Shown in pieces: positions 38,339 through 52,074 of a DNA stretch of 64,000 bases (positions are counted from its first letter, which is position 1; each line of letters begins with the position of its first letter). A model generated the notes under the pieces. The model had not been told where the DNA came from. It searched no databases and saw nothing but the letters and a program-made list of their open reading frames with translations. The translations under genes and the position numbers were made by a program. Source of the stretch: Octopus bimaculoides (Eukaryota); NCBI RefSeq assembly GCF_001194135.2, contig NC_068997.1, positions 11,007,657 through 11,071,656 of the forward strand. Reading direction: 5' to 3'.

Positions 38339-40049
38339 TTGCATACATGTATATATGTATGTATGCTTGTATGTATTTATATATGCACGCATATATAAGA
38401 ACATACTTAAGTATACACGTATTTACATGGTTTTGTTTTGTTTATAGTAACATGTAATGAAATCAATTTTGCATTATACTGAAGGCTTATTCAACAGCTT
38501 TTGTAGAATAAATTCTTTAACATAAATACCTTTTTAAAAGTAACTTCGAACTTTCTTTCTAACTAACCAAGACATCGAATACACCCACACACACACTCAC
38601 ACACATATACATGCACACATACACACGCACACGCACACACACACACACAGACACATACAAGCACATACATATATATGTATATATATATATATANNNNNNN
38701 NNNNNNNNNNNNNNNNNNNNNNNNNNNNNNNNNNNNNNNNNNNNNNNNNNNNNNNNNNNNNNNNNNNNNNNNNNNNNNNNNNNNNNNNNNNNNNNNNNNN
38801 NNNNNNNNNNNNNNNNNNNNNNNNNNNNNNNNNNNNNNNNNNNNNNNNNNNNNNNNNNNNNNNNNNNNNNNNNNNNNNNNNNNNNNNNNNNNNNNNNNNN
38901 NNNNNNNNNNNNNNNNNNNNNNNNNNNNNNNNNNNNNNNNNNNNNNNNNNNNNNNNNNNNNNNNNNNNNNNNNNNNNNNNNNNNNNNNNNNNNNNNNNNN
39001 NNNNNNNNNNNNNNNNNNNNNNNNNNNNNNNNNNNNNNNNNNNNNNNNNNNNNNNNNNNNNNNNNNNNNNNNNNNNNNNNNNNNNNNNNNNNNNNNNNNN
39101 NNNNNNNNNNNNNNNNNNNNNNNNNNNNNNNNNNNNNNNNNNNNNNNNNNNNNNNNNNNNNNNNNNNNNNNNNNNNNNNNNNNNNNNNNNNNNNNNGGGC
39201 TGTTGAGATAGCAAGAGTTATCTAGAAATGGTGAAGATTTGTATTACTACTATGGTGCTCCTGTGGGGATGGGGTGTGTGATAGGAGTAGTGGTGTCATA
39301 TGCATAATTCTATCTGGGAGAGTAGGTATATATATGTCTTAGCTAATGTGTGATTGGGTATTCATCGTCGTGGAAAGGGTTTTTTTTCGTAAGCTTAAAT
39401 GACCGCTACTCAAGGAGAGTAATCTGTCTCCCTTTTATTATTTCTTTTACTGCACTAACCACGAATTCTCTCTGTCTTCGATGATACTCACTCAGCGTAT
39501 TTTCTTTAAAAGTTTGGCACATCTCTAATTTTGACAACAACGTACTATTTCTAACGTGGTCGAAATTGGATTGTTCCAGAAAGTTGCAAGAATCGTACAG
39601 TTTCAATAATTATTTCGTCGTGAGATTCGATCGCTGAATCTAAAATAGCAATCATGCACATGAAGCTACCTCTTGAAAAGTTTACCACTGTTGATGCCAA
39701 ATGTTGAGTCAATTGAAATTACATAAATATCATATATCAATTGTCAGAAAGCCATCACACTTGATACGCTGCAGAAGAAGTTGCCAAATTTGTTGAAAGT
39801 TAATTGAAAATATTTAGTGATACATCTCCATATACAAAAGAATATATGCAAAGATACATTCAAGAATATATACAATAGATGTGTGTAATAAAATATGAAA
39901 ATGTATAAGGGTGTCGGTGCGTGTGTGTTTATGAGTGCGAGCTAGTATATGTATAAATGTATATAGGAATATGTATGTATGCATATATCCATAAGCATTA
40001 TTTACAGACACATATATACATATGTCGAGTATATAGGGGTGATTTTCAA

Positions 40050-41100
40050 AATCGTAGCAGAAAAGGTAATTCTTCTTCGGCAAAAGGTATCCATCCCTTG
40101 TGTTACGATTGAATCAGTTAAACCGAAAATCTTCAACTTTTATCTAAAGTACTAAGTCGTAGTAAAATCTGTGGAAAATAGAAAAAAAGTGTATCATCGT
40201 TTCAAACATAGTGTGATGTGTTTAAAAACAATGCAGCAAAAATATTTATTTGACATTTCCTGTTCCAAGTGCATCTCTTTTAAAATGTTCAGTTATAGTA
40301 GAGACGAAAAATACCACAGTGAGAACAAGAGTTTTTACAAGATAAACTGAAAAAAATCGAAAAATGATCAGTGGTGGAATAGATCAAGCAGTATCTAAAC
40401 AGAAAGTTCAGAGGTTCATTAGAAAGAATCACAGTCACCCCTCTACGTCAGCAAACGATTCTTAATTGATAGCGTTTTCATCAAGCAATGAATCCGGAAA
40501 TGGATCACTAGATGAAGAATTTCCAAATGCGTTTTCCGTGAAACGAAAACACATCAGCATGAGCAAAAATGTAAGTTCAAAAACACTAATAAAACGAATG
40601 TAAAAACTCAGAACTAGTGTCTGTCTGTGTCCGCACAGGTGTGTCAGACCGTGCTACTGCTCTTAGAAGTTCGGCCATCATTGACTTAACGGCAAGTACA
40701 TCTAGAGAATGTTCTTTCGTTATAGACGAATCGAAAGTATGGCAGGAATGATCCAGAAAACATAAATCCCTGCTGCAGGAAGGTAGGTCATATAAACCAT
40801 TGTGTGTCGTGTATATTGATAGAAGGAAGGACACAACCCTCATAAGTGAACAAATGGAAAAAGCATTTCGTAAGAAAACAGTTCAAGAACATATTTCAGT
40901 AATAGAAGAACCTGAGTCCCGCTATCTTGGGCACTTTGCTGCTAAAACGGGTTCTGCAATAGCCATTTCTGGTGGCTTGTTGAATTATTTGGAAACCAAT
41001 GAGATAGTAACCAATCACATGATAGCTGCAGGTTGTGATGGTACTGCAGTCAATACAGAACCAAAAGGAGGCGCCGCTAGACTTTTGGAGGATAAATTGA
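40050..41100 (+). pseudogene. Decayed hAT-superfamily (hATm-like) transposase
   Basis: Ordered remnants across stops and frameshifts: IVAEKVILL..SIPCV; LFDISCSKC; EQEFLQD..RKMISGGID; CVRTGVSDRATA; IDESKV; YIDRRKDTT; EHISVIEEPESRYLGH; GCDGTAVNT..KGG..RLLE. These match the hATm motif order as I recall it (LFDIA.CKC, DR.GVSDR, DGRKD, EP...Y.GH, CDGT.VNTG). Confidence 0.8.
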
Positions 41101-41178
41101 CCTTAGAAATTACAAACAGACGAAATTCCCTGAAGTATCCTGTCCGAAATGCTAACGATTGTGCTAGCTCATTGCCTT
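41100..41178 (-). mobile_element. SINE family A 5' fragment at the end of the transposase homology
   Basis: Minus aaggcaatgagctagcacaatcgttagcatttcggacagg ... atttcgtctg. Confidence 0.65.
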
Positions 41179-43214
41179 TGCACATGTAGTAATTGAAAAC
41201 GAATAAAACGTGAATCCTCACTCGAGATTTCAAAACCAATCTCATGTTTGAGGAAGTTCACTTCCATTATTACTCAACGCAAATAAACAGACGGCTTAAT
41301 AGAAGTGATTAACCTAGTCGTGAGATGGACATAAGGACGCTTTGTCTGATTTGCTCGCATGTAAATGCTACGACCATGTGATGTTAGTTCAGCGCAAGAT
41401 ATGATGGAAGAGAAGGTAGATATTTGTGCATGAACATGTGTCTGTACGATACGTCGGTGCATCCTCATCCCTGTACGTATGTGCATCGTGTGCGTGTGTG
41501 GTTGTGTGTGTGTGTGTGTCAATAGATACGTCCGTGTGTGTTCGTCGTGTGGGATGGTACAACGTACTACTGCTGGTGCCCTCATATTAAAAAAAAAAAC
41601 AAAAGTATCATATCATCCAGAGACTGTAGATGAATGCATCGTATTTCACGTCTAGACAAGTATATACGTCGCAAAATAGCGATGTGCATCTTTCTTAAAT
41701 TTTACGTGCTTGATCAATAAAATTACTACGTCAGAAATGTGAAAAACTACAAAACCTATTTTCTTTAGAATTCCAAATTCTTTTTATTTGTTTTCAATGC
41801 AATATGCCGAGGGTATAATTGCAGTCTCTTATTTTCAGTAATGTCATTGATACCAAGTGTATTTATGTTACATAATATGTTAAACATTTCAGTAGTTTTG
41901 GACTGCAGTACGCTAATATGGTCATGGTTGACATAGGCTTGGCATCTAACAGCACATAAAATATATAATATTCATAAAGGAATAACATGACGTTATTAAA
42001 ACAATTTTATATAAGTTTACAGTTAAAGGCTGAGAGTGTATCGTTAGACACTACTTAAATGTAAGTGATTCTTTACGCCTGTACAAACATCGTGTTACTT
42101 CATATAGGCCTAACATTTTATAAGTTTAAACATGTACTACAAGCATTACCAGACATTTTCCTTTTGAATTTTTACTACAGTATTGAAGTATCAGTATTCA
42201 CTAAAAATGCAATGATTCTATACGTGTTTCTGATTCCTCTTTGAAAATAGTATTATCTAAGTTGTTGAAAAATATTTGAAATTGGGTGACTGGTAAAATT
42301 CGGCAATTTGATAACAATAACAGAAAATATATTCCTGTGAAATTGCGAGATCCCTTTGTGATATGAATACACATTTTCATAACGCCGTTGGTTAAACTAT
42401 ATTTCGCTTCCGTTTCCTACATGTGAAATCGTATATTTTATTAATTTCCACTGGTAAATATGTTACTGATGTATAGATATCAAAAGAAGTGTAAATGTTT
42501 CATTTCTGTAGATTATTCTATAAATAAATGTATCATGTTTGGGCAGGCTATTCATTGCTTTCATATATATGTAGTCCTCAAAATGTCTCTGTTACGTCTG
42601 CAGTTCAGAAGACTAATCACTATGATTTATTTATTATGCTAAAGTAGTGTATAAAAAATGGCCATTTTTATCTCGTATTAGTTTGAACATCACCAAGGTA
42701 TATCAAAAGATGAAACATATCAAAGTCTACATTTATGAAAAAAAAAGAGAAAACAATGCGCAATGTTTCTATCAGAACAAAAGGAATCCCCTTGAATATG
42801 AATCGTTGTGTACGCAGTGCTTCAAAAACATGAAATATATGATAATGCCGGACATGAGAATAGTTACCACAGTAATATTTTATGTTAGATCTGTCATTCA
42901 GCAGAAGCATATTTATAGAGCATGTGAGACAGCGAGTAAAGCTTATAATCTATTGATTGAAAAGTATTCAAAACTCGCTATATTATGGCAACTTTAGGCT
43001 TCAAATGACGGCCCCATATCATTCATGTCTATTAATTGCATTTCAAAAAGCAAACAGAATAAAATATATATATAACGGTGATTGTAAATATTTAAAAATG
43101 TTATACGATAAAGTAAAGATTGTTAGTTCTTAAATTGACGCGGCAATTCAGCATCCCTATCTGCAAGTAACGCAAAATAAGGACTTTCAGGTACGACTAA
43201 GACTACTAAAACGC

Positions 43215-43228
43215 TGATGATGATGATG

Positions 43229-43300
<72 letters not shown>
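43215..43300. repeat. (GAT)n(AAT)n microsatellite, Dong target
   Basis: Visible. Confidence 0.95.
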
Positions 43301-43594
43301 GAACAGATATAGTTGTCAAAGATCATGAAGAAAAAAAATGCTTTCTAATTGATGTATCAATACCAGCAGATGACAACGTTTCTCTAAAAGAAATGGAAAA
43401 ACTTTCAAAATACAAAGACCTGGAAATAGAGATAACTCGAATGTGGAATCTAAAAACAGAAACAATTCCTATCATAGTAGGTGCCTTAGGTATAATNNNN
43501 NNNNNNNNNNNNNNNNNNNNNNNNNNNNNNNNNNNNNNNNNNNNNNNNNNNNNNNNNNNNNNAGTGAAAGCACGTTATAAAAATAAAACTACTG
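43298..43594 (+). mobile_element. R4/Dong-type element, 5'-truncated, RLE endonuclease domain, subfamily 1
   Basis: NRTDIVVKDHEEKKCFLIDVSIPADDNVSLKEMEKLSKYKDLEIEITRMWNLKTETIPIIVGALGI, a PD-(D/E)xK restriction-like endonuclease (P replaced by T here). After the gap, agtgaaagcacgttataaaaataaaactactg matches 2804-2835. (AAT)n on both sides. Confidence 0.9.
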
Positions 43595-43619
43595 AACAAT
43601 AATAATAATAATAATAATA

Positions 43620-43715
43620 CGAAGAAGAAGAAGAAGAAGAAGAAGAAGAAGAAGAAGAAGAAGAAGAAGAAGAAGAAGAAGAAGAAGAAGAAGAAGAAGC
43701 GGAAGAAAAAGAAAG
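43620..43715. repeat. (GAA)n microsatellite
   Basis: Visible. Confidence 0.95.
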
Positions 43716-43817
43716 AAGAAGACAAGAGTATGTGCGCGCGCATTGAGTGTGCACGCAGTGTGTGTGCGCGCGCGTGGTGTGTGTGTTTGCGTGTGCATAG
43801 ACGAAAATATCTCACAA

Positions 43818-44033
43818 ATCTATTTGGTACATTAAATTATAAACTTGCCCATATGAAAATTTATTTCAGGAAATCTATAAAATGGAGACAATTTAATATT
43901 TCAACACTAGTTGAATTTCANNNNNNNNNNATCTATTTGGTACATTAAATTATAAACTTGCCCATATGAAAATTTATTTCAGGAAATCTATAAAATGGAG
44001 ACAATTTAATATTTGAACACTAGTTGAATTTCA
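43818..44033. repeat. 103-bp direct duplication across a 10-N gap, probably an assembly artefact
   Basis: 43818-43920 equals 43931-44033 except one C/G difference. Confidence 0.85.
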
Positions 44034-44068
44034 TCAACACATTTTACAGTTATAAATTCATAAACACG

Positions 44069-44100
<32 letters not shown>

Positions 44101-44284
44101 CACACACACAGAGGCACACATATCGGGTCTTCGTTTATTGACAACTTTTTGCTTGTTTGTATTGAGTGTTAAGGAACCAAAATTACTCTCTAACATTTTA
44201 TGTTACTTTATTCAACTTTAAATTTAAGTTAATAGTAATACAATTTAGTCGTATACACCTATACACGCATACGGAAACACTTAC

Positions 44285-44450
44285 ATATTATTTCTCTTGT
44301 TGCAGAAATTGGACAGCAACCAAGCTGTTGCCTCGCCTTGAAATTTAACATCGAACCAATCGACTTTGCTACCAATATTTTAAGCCAGACAATTTCTTTA
44401 GCAGTCTCTTTGCACAAACCATCTTCGGCTGCCTGATAGTAGTGAGACAT
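44285..44450 (-). CDS. Candidate 166-nt exon, phase 0-1
   Basis: Acceptor ttttttgttatttgtag| and donor ATAT|gtaagt. The only open frame is MSHYYQAAEDGLCKETAKEIVWLKILVAKSIGSMLNFKARQQLGCCPISATREII. No family recognised. Confidence 0.35.
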
Positions 44451-45792
44451 CTACAAATAACAAAAAAACAAATACACACTCGCACACGCACACGCACACG
44501 CACACACACATATACAAACTCTCTCTCTCTTACGCACACATGCACACACGCACACAGACACACACAAACACACACAGAAACACATACATTCTCTTTTATA
44601 CACATTTACCGTTGGCTTACACTCTTTCTAAATTTATTAATAATTCTTTGATAGGTCCAAGGGCATAGTAAAGAACATTTGCCCAAAGTACTTCCCTGAA
44701 AACACTTCTCCGAAAAAAATTCTGTCGGAAACATATGTCAGTGTAGGATATCGTAATTTTTCTTCATACATATTTCGTTACTGAAGAACAAACTTCCAAG
44801 TTTTTCTTTTTGCCTAACAATTACGTTTCGTATATATATATATATATATATATATNNNNNNNNNNNNNNNNNNNNNNNNNNNNNNNNNNNNNNNNNNNNN
44901 NNNNNNNNNNNNNNNNNNNNNNNNNNNNNNNNNNNNNNNNNNNNNNNNNNNNNNNNNNNNNNNNNNNNNNNNNNNNNNNNNNNNNNNNNNNNNNNNNNNN
45001 NNNNNNNNNNNNNNNNNNNNNNNNNNNNNNNNNNNNNNNNNNNNNNNNNNNNNNNNNNNNNNNNNNNNNNNNNNNNNNNNNNNNNNNNNNNNNNNNNNNN
45101 NNNNNNNNNNNNNNNNNNNNNNNNNNNNNNNNNNNNNNNNNNNNNNNNNNNNNNNNNNNNNNNNNNNNNNNNNNNNNNNNNNNNNNNNNNNNNNNNNNNN
45201 NNNNNNNNNNNNNNNNNNNNNNNNNNNNNNGTGTGTATGTGTGTGTGTGTACTATGTAAATATATGAATGTGCAAGATTTTTAATTTGTTGCAAGAAGAT
45301 TCACAGATACACATCCCATCTAAACCTTTTATTAAAGAAAAATTATTCTTCGTCTTATGAAACAACTGCTAGAAGAAAACTGAAAACATCCTTTGTCAAA
45401 AAGCCAAGTGATCAGAAGTGAACATTGTTCAGTCTTAAAATATGATGTAATGCGATTCTCAGAGATAATGTTCATAAATGGACAATACGAAAATGACAAG
45501 ATGGACGGCCTTTGTGCAAAGTAACAAATCCTTGTTTTAGTCAATCAATGTTAAGTTAAAACATGAGACACGGAGGAGCGTATAGTTATATTTGCAAAGA
45601 AATGTTTCTATCATATTGAAAAAGCAAGATAAACTTTCAAAGATGAAAGGCATTTGTTTATCACAGTATGCGTACTTTTGATATTTCCTGAGAGACACGA
45701 AAACTAATGATGCTGGAGTAGTGAGAGAAAATGCGGGAGAAAGTGTACGAAAGAGCGAGTATATGTGTGTGCGTGTATATTCAAATGTGGGA

Positions 45793-45839
45793 TGACGTCA
45801 AAGTACTGGAAGACAAATGGCTTAGCGATTATTCATTGG
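45793..45839. promoter_or_regulatory. Candidate promoter elements: CRE plus reverse CCAAT
   Basis: TGACGTCA at 45793-45800 and ATTGG at 45835-45839 in a locally GC-richer block, about 1.2 kb upstream of the candidate signal-peptide exon. Confidence 0.2.
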
Positions 45840-46179
45840 CCGGTGGCGACCAACGAGAAAACTTCCACGCTGACACTTTCTTTTATCGCCATATATTTTG
45901 ATGTAAATTTATACATATAGTAAATTTGGTCAATCCAAATGTTAACAATTTCGACTCATGAATAAATAAACAATATACTTACGTTTATCAGATGAATAGC
46001 GGTTCAGTAACAACAAATTGGATATGAGGTGACTTATTTGCGTGGTTAGTATATGTTTGGATATATTTCAAATTATATCTGTAAAGGAGACAAGTAATAA
46101 CGAATACGTAATTTTAGCTATAGCCAAATAATTTACACACTTTCTCGTAGACTATCGATCATTGGAGAAAGTCGTAACT

Positions 46180-46260
46180 GATTACTGTAAATGCTTGTTT
46201 GTGTGTAGATAATCGTAAATGATTACTGCAAATGCTTGTTTGTGTGTAAATAAACGAAAA
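46180..46260. repeat. 41-bp tandem duplication
   Basis: gattactg(t/c)aaatgcttgtttgtgtgta occurs twice. Confidence 0.85.
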
Positions 46261-47032
46261 AACATAACAAACAATATTATTTGCTGTGCATTAATACGGC
46301 TAATGTACAGAAGGAAGCCAATCATTCGTACAAGTGACTGTGAGTGTATTGATCGGTATATGTAGGGAGACATATGAAACATGTACAAAATACAAACGTC
46401 AAAACTATTTTGAGTATGGGTCTGTATGGGTCTATGAGTCGGCATAGAAGAATGGAGGAGAGAGAAGAATTGTTAAACACCTGCTTGAGTCAATGCAGTG
46501 CTTTTAAGAAATTTCGAACGAAAACAGCTTCAGATATGGAGGATGACGTTTTTATCTATAACTAGAAAAAGGTACGATTAAAGAGTGATATGCTTTCTAT
46601 ATCTTTGTAGTGTTGTAATTGTGTCTGTGAATGCAAAGGATATAGACAAACGCAAAGGAAAATCTGGCATTTAATAACAGGAAATAGGAAATACAAACTA
46701 CGGTTGAGAAATAAATGAAATAAATGCTTAATTAATTGGATCAGAAAAGACAAAATAAGAGTAGAGAAAGTAAGAGGCTTATAATAATGTTCATATGATG
46801 AAGTTTAGCTGTTGGTGGAATCACTTACAATGAGAAGCATGTGAAATTTCAAAATTCCTGAGTGTGTATACCCTAGAAATGCTTAGCAGAAATGCTACGT
46901 TAGGTACAGCCAGTGAACGAATAAAAGCACACTAGAGTGAAAATCTAAAGTTTTTCTAAGGTTCTGAATGCTATTCAACCTCTTTATCATTTATGATTTC
47001 AGAGAGTTTTGCTGACATTTGTGCACAATAAG

Positions 47033-47066
47033 ATGTGGAAACTTGTCCTATTCATTGTATTTCTTG
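47033..47066 (+). CDS. Candidate signal-peptide exon MWKLVLFIVFL, phase 1
   Basis: Acceptor tttatgatttcag| at 47002, ATG at 47033, donor TTG|gtaaaa; basic residue followed by a hydrophobic core. Confidence 0.3.
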
Positions 47067-49335
47067 GTAAAATAGGGTGAGGATATTGAACATCAGTTAG
47101 ATGACTTATTTGATGTTGAATGGAACGATGGCGGCTGACTGAAAGTTAAAGATCTCCGAGTAGTGAGGGCTAGTATACGTTCCTAATCGGTTGCCATGCA
47201 CATGTTTGTTCGGTGAATGTCAGAGGACAATTTCATATTTCTTAACGTCTTAGACTAAACAAACATTGAGCTACGCGTTGCAAGAGGGAACGAATTGCGT
47301 CTCAAACGTGGTTTCTTACCATACTGTGCATATAGGAATCTACTATTGTTATGCTTGAAAGAGAATGTCAAAGATGTACTAGACAAATATGTGATATATT
47401 CAAGCTCGGTGATCGACTGCTGGATAACGTTAGCTTCTTCTCGCTGTTACAGGGTGGTAGTTGCTTCCTTTCATTTAACAAATGAAAATAGAATCAACTT
47501 GACGGTCAGAAAGAAATTTGGCATATAGGTCTCAGTAGACTGGATTTAGTCAATTCATATGTAGCTAACGGCGTTTTGCACTAGCAGTAATCGATAGTCA
47601 TTATAATCACAATTAACAGATGAGTACTGTTTAAACAACGCCAAATTGAATTTCATGTATTTAATAAGTGTGTGGATATACCTGTGAGTGTTTGGGTGAC
47701 AGACAAAGGGAAACAAATATGGCTGACTAGCAATGGAAAATACTCTCACTATGTATATATGTATACCACACTGTGTATATATGAAATTTAGGATTGTAAA
47801 ATAAGTTAACCATTACCACACACACATCCACCTCCATAGTATTACCATTCCGTCCTTTCTTTCCATCACCTTCCAACCCTTTCAACTAAATATACACAGA
47901 AATGCCCACTCACGTCGGTCAACCATCTCATTGATCAACACTGGTAAACAAGTCTCAATTAAACACCCATTAATATTATTTCGTCCGAAGAAATGAATAC
48001 ATGAACATGATCTACCCGATGACCATGGATACTACGAACTGCACTGTGATCAGTTTTATTTCAAGATGTCTTGCCAATAGTCACTAGGCTCCTTTATTGA
48101 AATTTCTACATCGACAACAGGGAGAGTGAAACTGAAATAAATAGATAGATAAATAGACAGACAGATAGATAGATGTACAGAGAGAGATAGCTACAGAGAG
48201 AGAGAGATAGACATAGAGATAGAGAGAATGGGTAAGAGAACATTTTAATTCTCTCAATAAAGTGATCTATTAATCAACTCAATCTCACATGATAAGCCGC
48301 CATATTGATTGGAATATAAATGTTTCATTAAACACTGTTGTTAATTATTTATGACCCACAAAGATTTTAAATCTATATTGAAAGTATCTGCAACAAATTA
48401 TATACAGACGAATCTAATTTTCAGAAAACTCACCCGATATAGAAACAAAATTAAATATAATATCTCAGCAACATTTAACTTTCCATTAATTACATGAATT
48501 TTATCTTAATGAACAAAAGGCAATTGAAAACTATAAAGTGGTGATATTTGTCTTTAATTAAAATATATTTTACATCGGCGTTTAGACTTCCCGTAATTAA
48601 TTGATTTACAGAGTAATGTATTTAGTAGATACAAGTATATTGACAAATCGTTTAACTGTCTTACGAATGTGGTGGATATATATCACTTATATAAACTAAT
48701 TAACAAATTACATATTTCCATTGGGGAATTTGAGTTAAACAGATTCTGGCTCCTTTAATTGTTTACACAGTAGTCAATTCTGATTGAACAAGCTTACGGT
48801 CAAATTTGTCAGATGTAAGCCACCCCGCCTTTTTTTTGTCTGATTAATAACATACATCATTTTTTTGATTTTTTTTTGTTTTATGAGGGAAGTATCAAAG
48901 CTTCTTTTAACAGATTACATATAGAAAACAAGTGATCCAGTGATAAAAAGTTCATTTTGTAGCCCTAAGGTCCAGATTTGATGTCGCTGTATGATTAGAT
49001 CACTGTGTGAGAAGTATTTGATAGGAAATTATGCAGAAGTCCTTCGAATGCTATACCTTGGATCAGGTTCATGCCATAGGGTGTCATGTTAAACCTGAGT
49101 GAAACTTAGGTTAAGTGTACAACCTATTGATTATTCATGCGGATACAGCATAAGTTAATAAGGAGGCAGCATAAGTCAATAGAGGAGTCGGAAACATCTC
49201 ACTGTAAACGTAGGAGTTACTTTATTCCAACCATTCATACGTCTGTAGAGATAAATTGAAAATACAAGAAAAGAAAATTATAATGCTGACACGAATTTGT
49301 ACAAACATCAATACATAAATACATACATGCATGCA

Positions 49336-49620
49336 TCATTTCAACTGGCAGGATGGAAATTAATATCCTTCAGGACCGACAAGTTATGTTGACAAGGAAT
49401 ATTTTTCTGGACTACTGCTCTCAGCTAGGGTCACTACATAGTGCCAAACTAAAAGCGGAGCTTGAACCGGTCCGTCACTGCACTATAAATATTTAAACAA
49501 TGCATCAGATGAGCTACAGGGAGAGAATTAAAAAATTACGACTTTACTCCCTGGAGCGAAGGCGCGACAGATATGTAATAGTCTACAAATAAAAAGCTCT
49601 AAAAGGACTACTACCTATTT
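49336..49620 (+). mobile_element. CR1-like LINE ORF2 C-terminal relic
   Basis: QLAGW..SFRT; FLDYCSQLGSLHSAKLKAELE; MSYRERIKKLRLYSLERRRDRYV..YK*K.LKGL. This matches the CR1/L2 LDYC...WSP and SY.ERL..L.L.SLERRR motifs. Confidence 0.8.
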
Positions 49621-49939
49621 CGGCATCGAATGTCATATGTAATTTGTCCTAAACATTTATGAAAAACAAGCAGCTTAACCATTCTGTACTAAGTGTCAAT
49701 ATATTCATTGAGGTCTTGGATTATTCTTGTATATCTATCGAATGAGAAATTGATATGAGCATATAATCTTCACCATTATGCTTTTGTTTATGCTATAACA
49801 ACGCTCACACATATTCTCTCGCAAACGCTATATCCACATACATAGACATATATATACATGCACATATATGTTATGTAAACATATTCATAAACATATGTAT
49901 GTGTGCGTGTTTGTGTGGGTATGCATATAAAAAAATGCA

Positions 49940-50115
49940 TCGATCCTTCTTCCCGAATACTTTGGCGTATGCATTCCATCCTACTCCCGCACAGGACGCC
50001 GATCCATTGCAAGATTACACTGAGTGATCGGCAGCAATGCGAAATGAACTTTTTTGCACACGAACATAACTCATCCCCCACTCAGGGACTCGAAACCACG
50101 ATCTTAAAATCATGA
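49940..50115 (-). mobile_element. SINE family C, diverged
   Basis: Minus taagatcgtggtttcgagtccc (box B) ... cttgcaatggatcggcgtcctgtgcgggag; the head resembles 16960-17015. Confidence 0.55.
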
Positions 50116-52074
50116 ATTCACTAATACGCATGGCATATCTAAACGTGTATATGATAAAAGGAAAACCTATTAAATTCAGAAATACATGTACTTCATGACA
50201 TCATTGTAACATTTGCTATACCCGTAAATGAACCAAATAACATGCTCAATCATTGCAACCCTATACTGGTTTCAAAGCTATAGCATTGTCAATTGTCCGA
50301 TGAAAATGTCCATAATTTTTTTAATGTTTTTTTCCTCTGCAATTGTTTTATAACTTTCTCATAATAATACGTTGTACGAAATTACCATAGTTTCTGCAAA
50401 GGACATATATGTTAGGAATTTAATACGGCGTGGATATTGTATGCTTTATATATGTTTGATTATATATCATTGAATATCAGGATTCCATATCATATTTTCT
50501 GCTTTTGTTTTTTAATATTTTGAGATACTACCATCAATAATTGATTGCAATATTAGAAGAAAGTAAACCCGCTGATCATTTTTGTGCTCCTTTGTGACAC
50601 ACAGAATCAACGAAGTGAATGTTCATTCGTTTGTACTACGTACTCACTAGAGGAAAATAAAAGCAGTGTGTTAGATTAAATAGTATGATGGACAAAGAGA
50701 ATAAAATGCCCTGTAATATTGAGTTACGATCCTTTGTTATTTCTTTCATGTCAAGTATGGCATTGATTTCATTCTTTCATAGTCGATAAAATTAGAATCA
50801 GTCAGGGACTGAAATTGATCTAATCAAAATATACTCAATGACTATTTTAGCAGTATGTCAATGTAAGACGTCTTTCTTACGTTTCGGTTATTGTTATTCG
50901 TTAATCTTCTTTTTTCATTCCATCTCAACTCTTTTCAGCAAAAATATAATCAACGGTATCCAACCCGTTATTATCTCATATTTCTTTACCTTATAGCGTT
51001 TCCAGGACAATATTACCTTGGACAGCCATACACATACAATGTTTTCTATATTACAGATGTTTGATTGTGAGAGATGTAACTGTTATTTCTAGGTTGCTAT
51101 AAAATGTTGTCCTTAAATAATTTCATGTGAACATCATGCTTCATAGCCTTCCGTTTGAGTTCAAATCATGTCGTGGCTTTTTCATTAGTCATCTCATATC
51201 TGTCCATACAAGGGGAACGTATCAAATGATGAATTTGATTAATCCAAATATGATTTTCCACAAAGAATGAACACCGAGAATTGTCTACATTATGCAATCA
51301 TAGATACTCATAAAGAACTAGATCGTTATGTCTAGAATAAATCTCATACTTTTGTTTCTCGCACGCACATACATCCCATATACACACATACATATGCATG
51401 TATGTATCTACAAACGTATGTATATNNNNNNNNNNNNNNNNNNNNNNNNNNNNNNNNNNNNNNNNNNNNNNNNNNNNNNNNNNNNNNNNNNNNNNNNNNN
51501 NNNNNNNNNNNNNNNNNNNNNNNNNNNNNNNNNNNNNNNNNNNNNNNNNNNATATATATATATATATAATATTATTATAAAATCTGGTAATTAATCATAT
51601 ATTAATTAATATCGATTAATTATCAGGAGGCCAGCACATCTAAAGAATCAAAGAGATTCAGAAATAGTATCTGCAATCTCAGGGGATTAAGGTACATTTA
51701 AAAAAAATAACGTTGACCACTAACGTGGACAATTAATGTGCTAGAAATAGATCACATCTTGTGTCTATTAAGACCTAAATTGTTCTCAACATGAAATATA
51801 GCATATTAATGTTATTAATGAACTATCAATGACACTGGCGCACGTTTGCCCTAAATGCGTTTCTCCAATATTTATACCACTTTGCACAAACAGATGAGTG
51901 AAAAAAAATTTGGTAAGTTTTACCTATATTTGTTTTGTTGACCACAAAATATCTATCATTGAAAATTGTATTTAGCGCTTACAGGAAATAACACGAGTAA
52001 CGATATTTCGTAAAACATTCTTAACCATATAGTAGTAGTAGTATCAGCGCCAAGCAATGACGAGCAATAAACGA

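Noticed and set aside
39200-39606. Possible Penelope or other LINE RT remnant on minus
   Set aside because: Only vague similarity; no diagnostic motif could be read.
40034-40050. TAGGGGTG as the hATm left TIR
   Set aside because: It lies directly against coding homology with no room for a 5'UTR, and no matching right TIR was found.
42647-42997. 116-aa ORF, and similarly 10761-11018
   Set aside because: AT-rich, K/Y/I-biased composition typical of random open frames; no domain or splice support.
46045-46075. tatatgtttggatatattt resembling miR-190
   Set aside because: It mismatches the mature sequence and has no complementary star arm.
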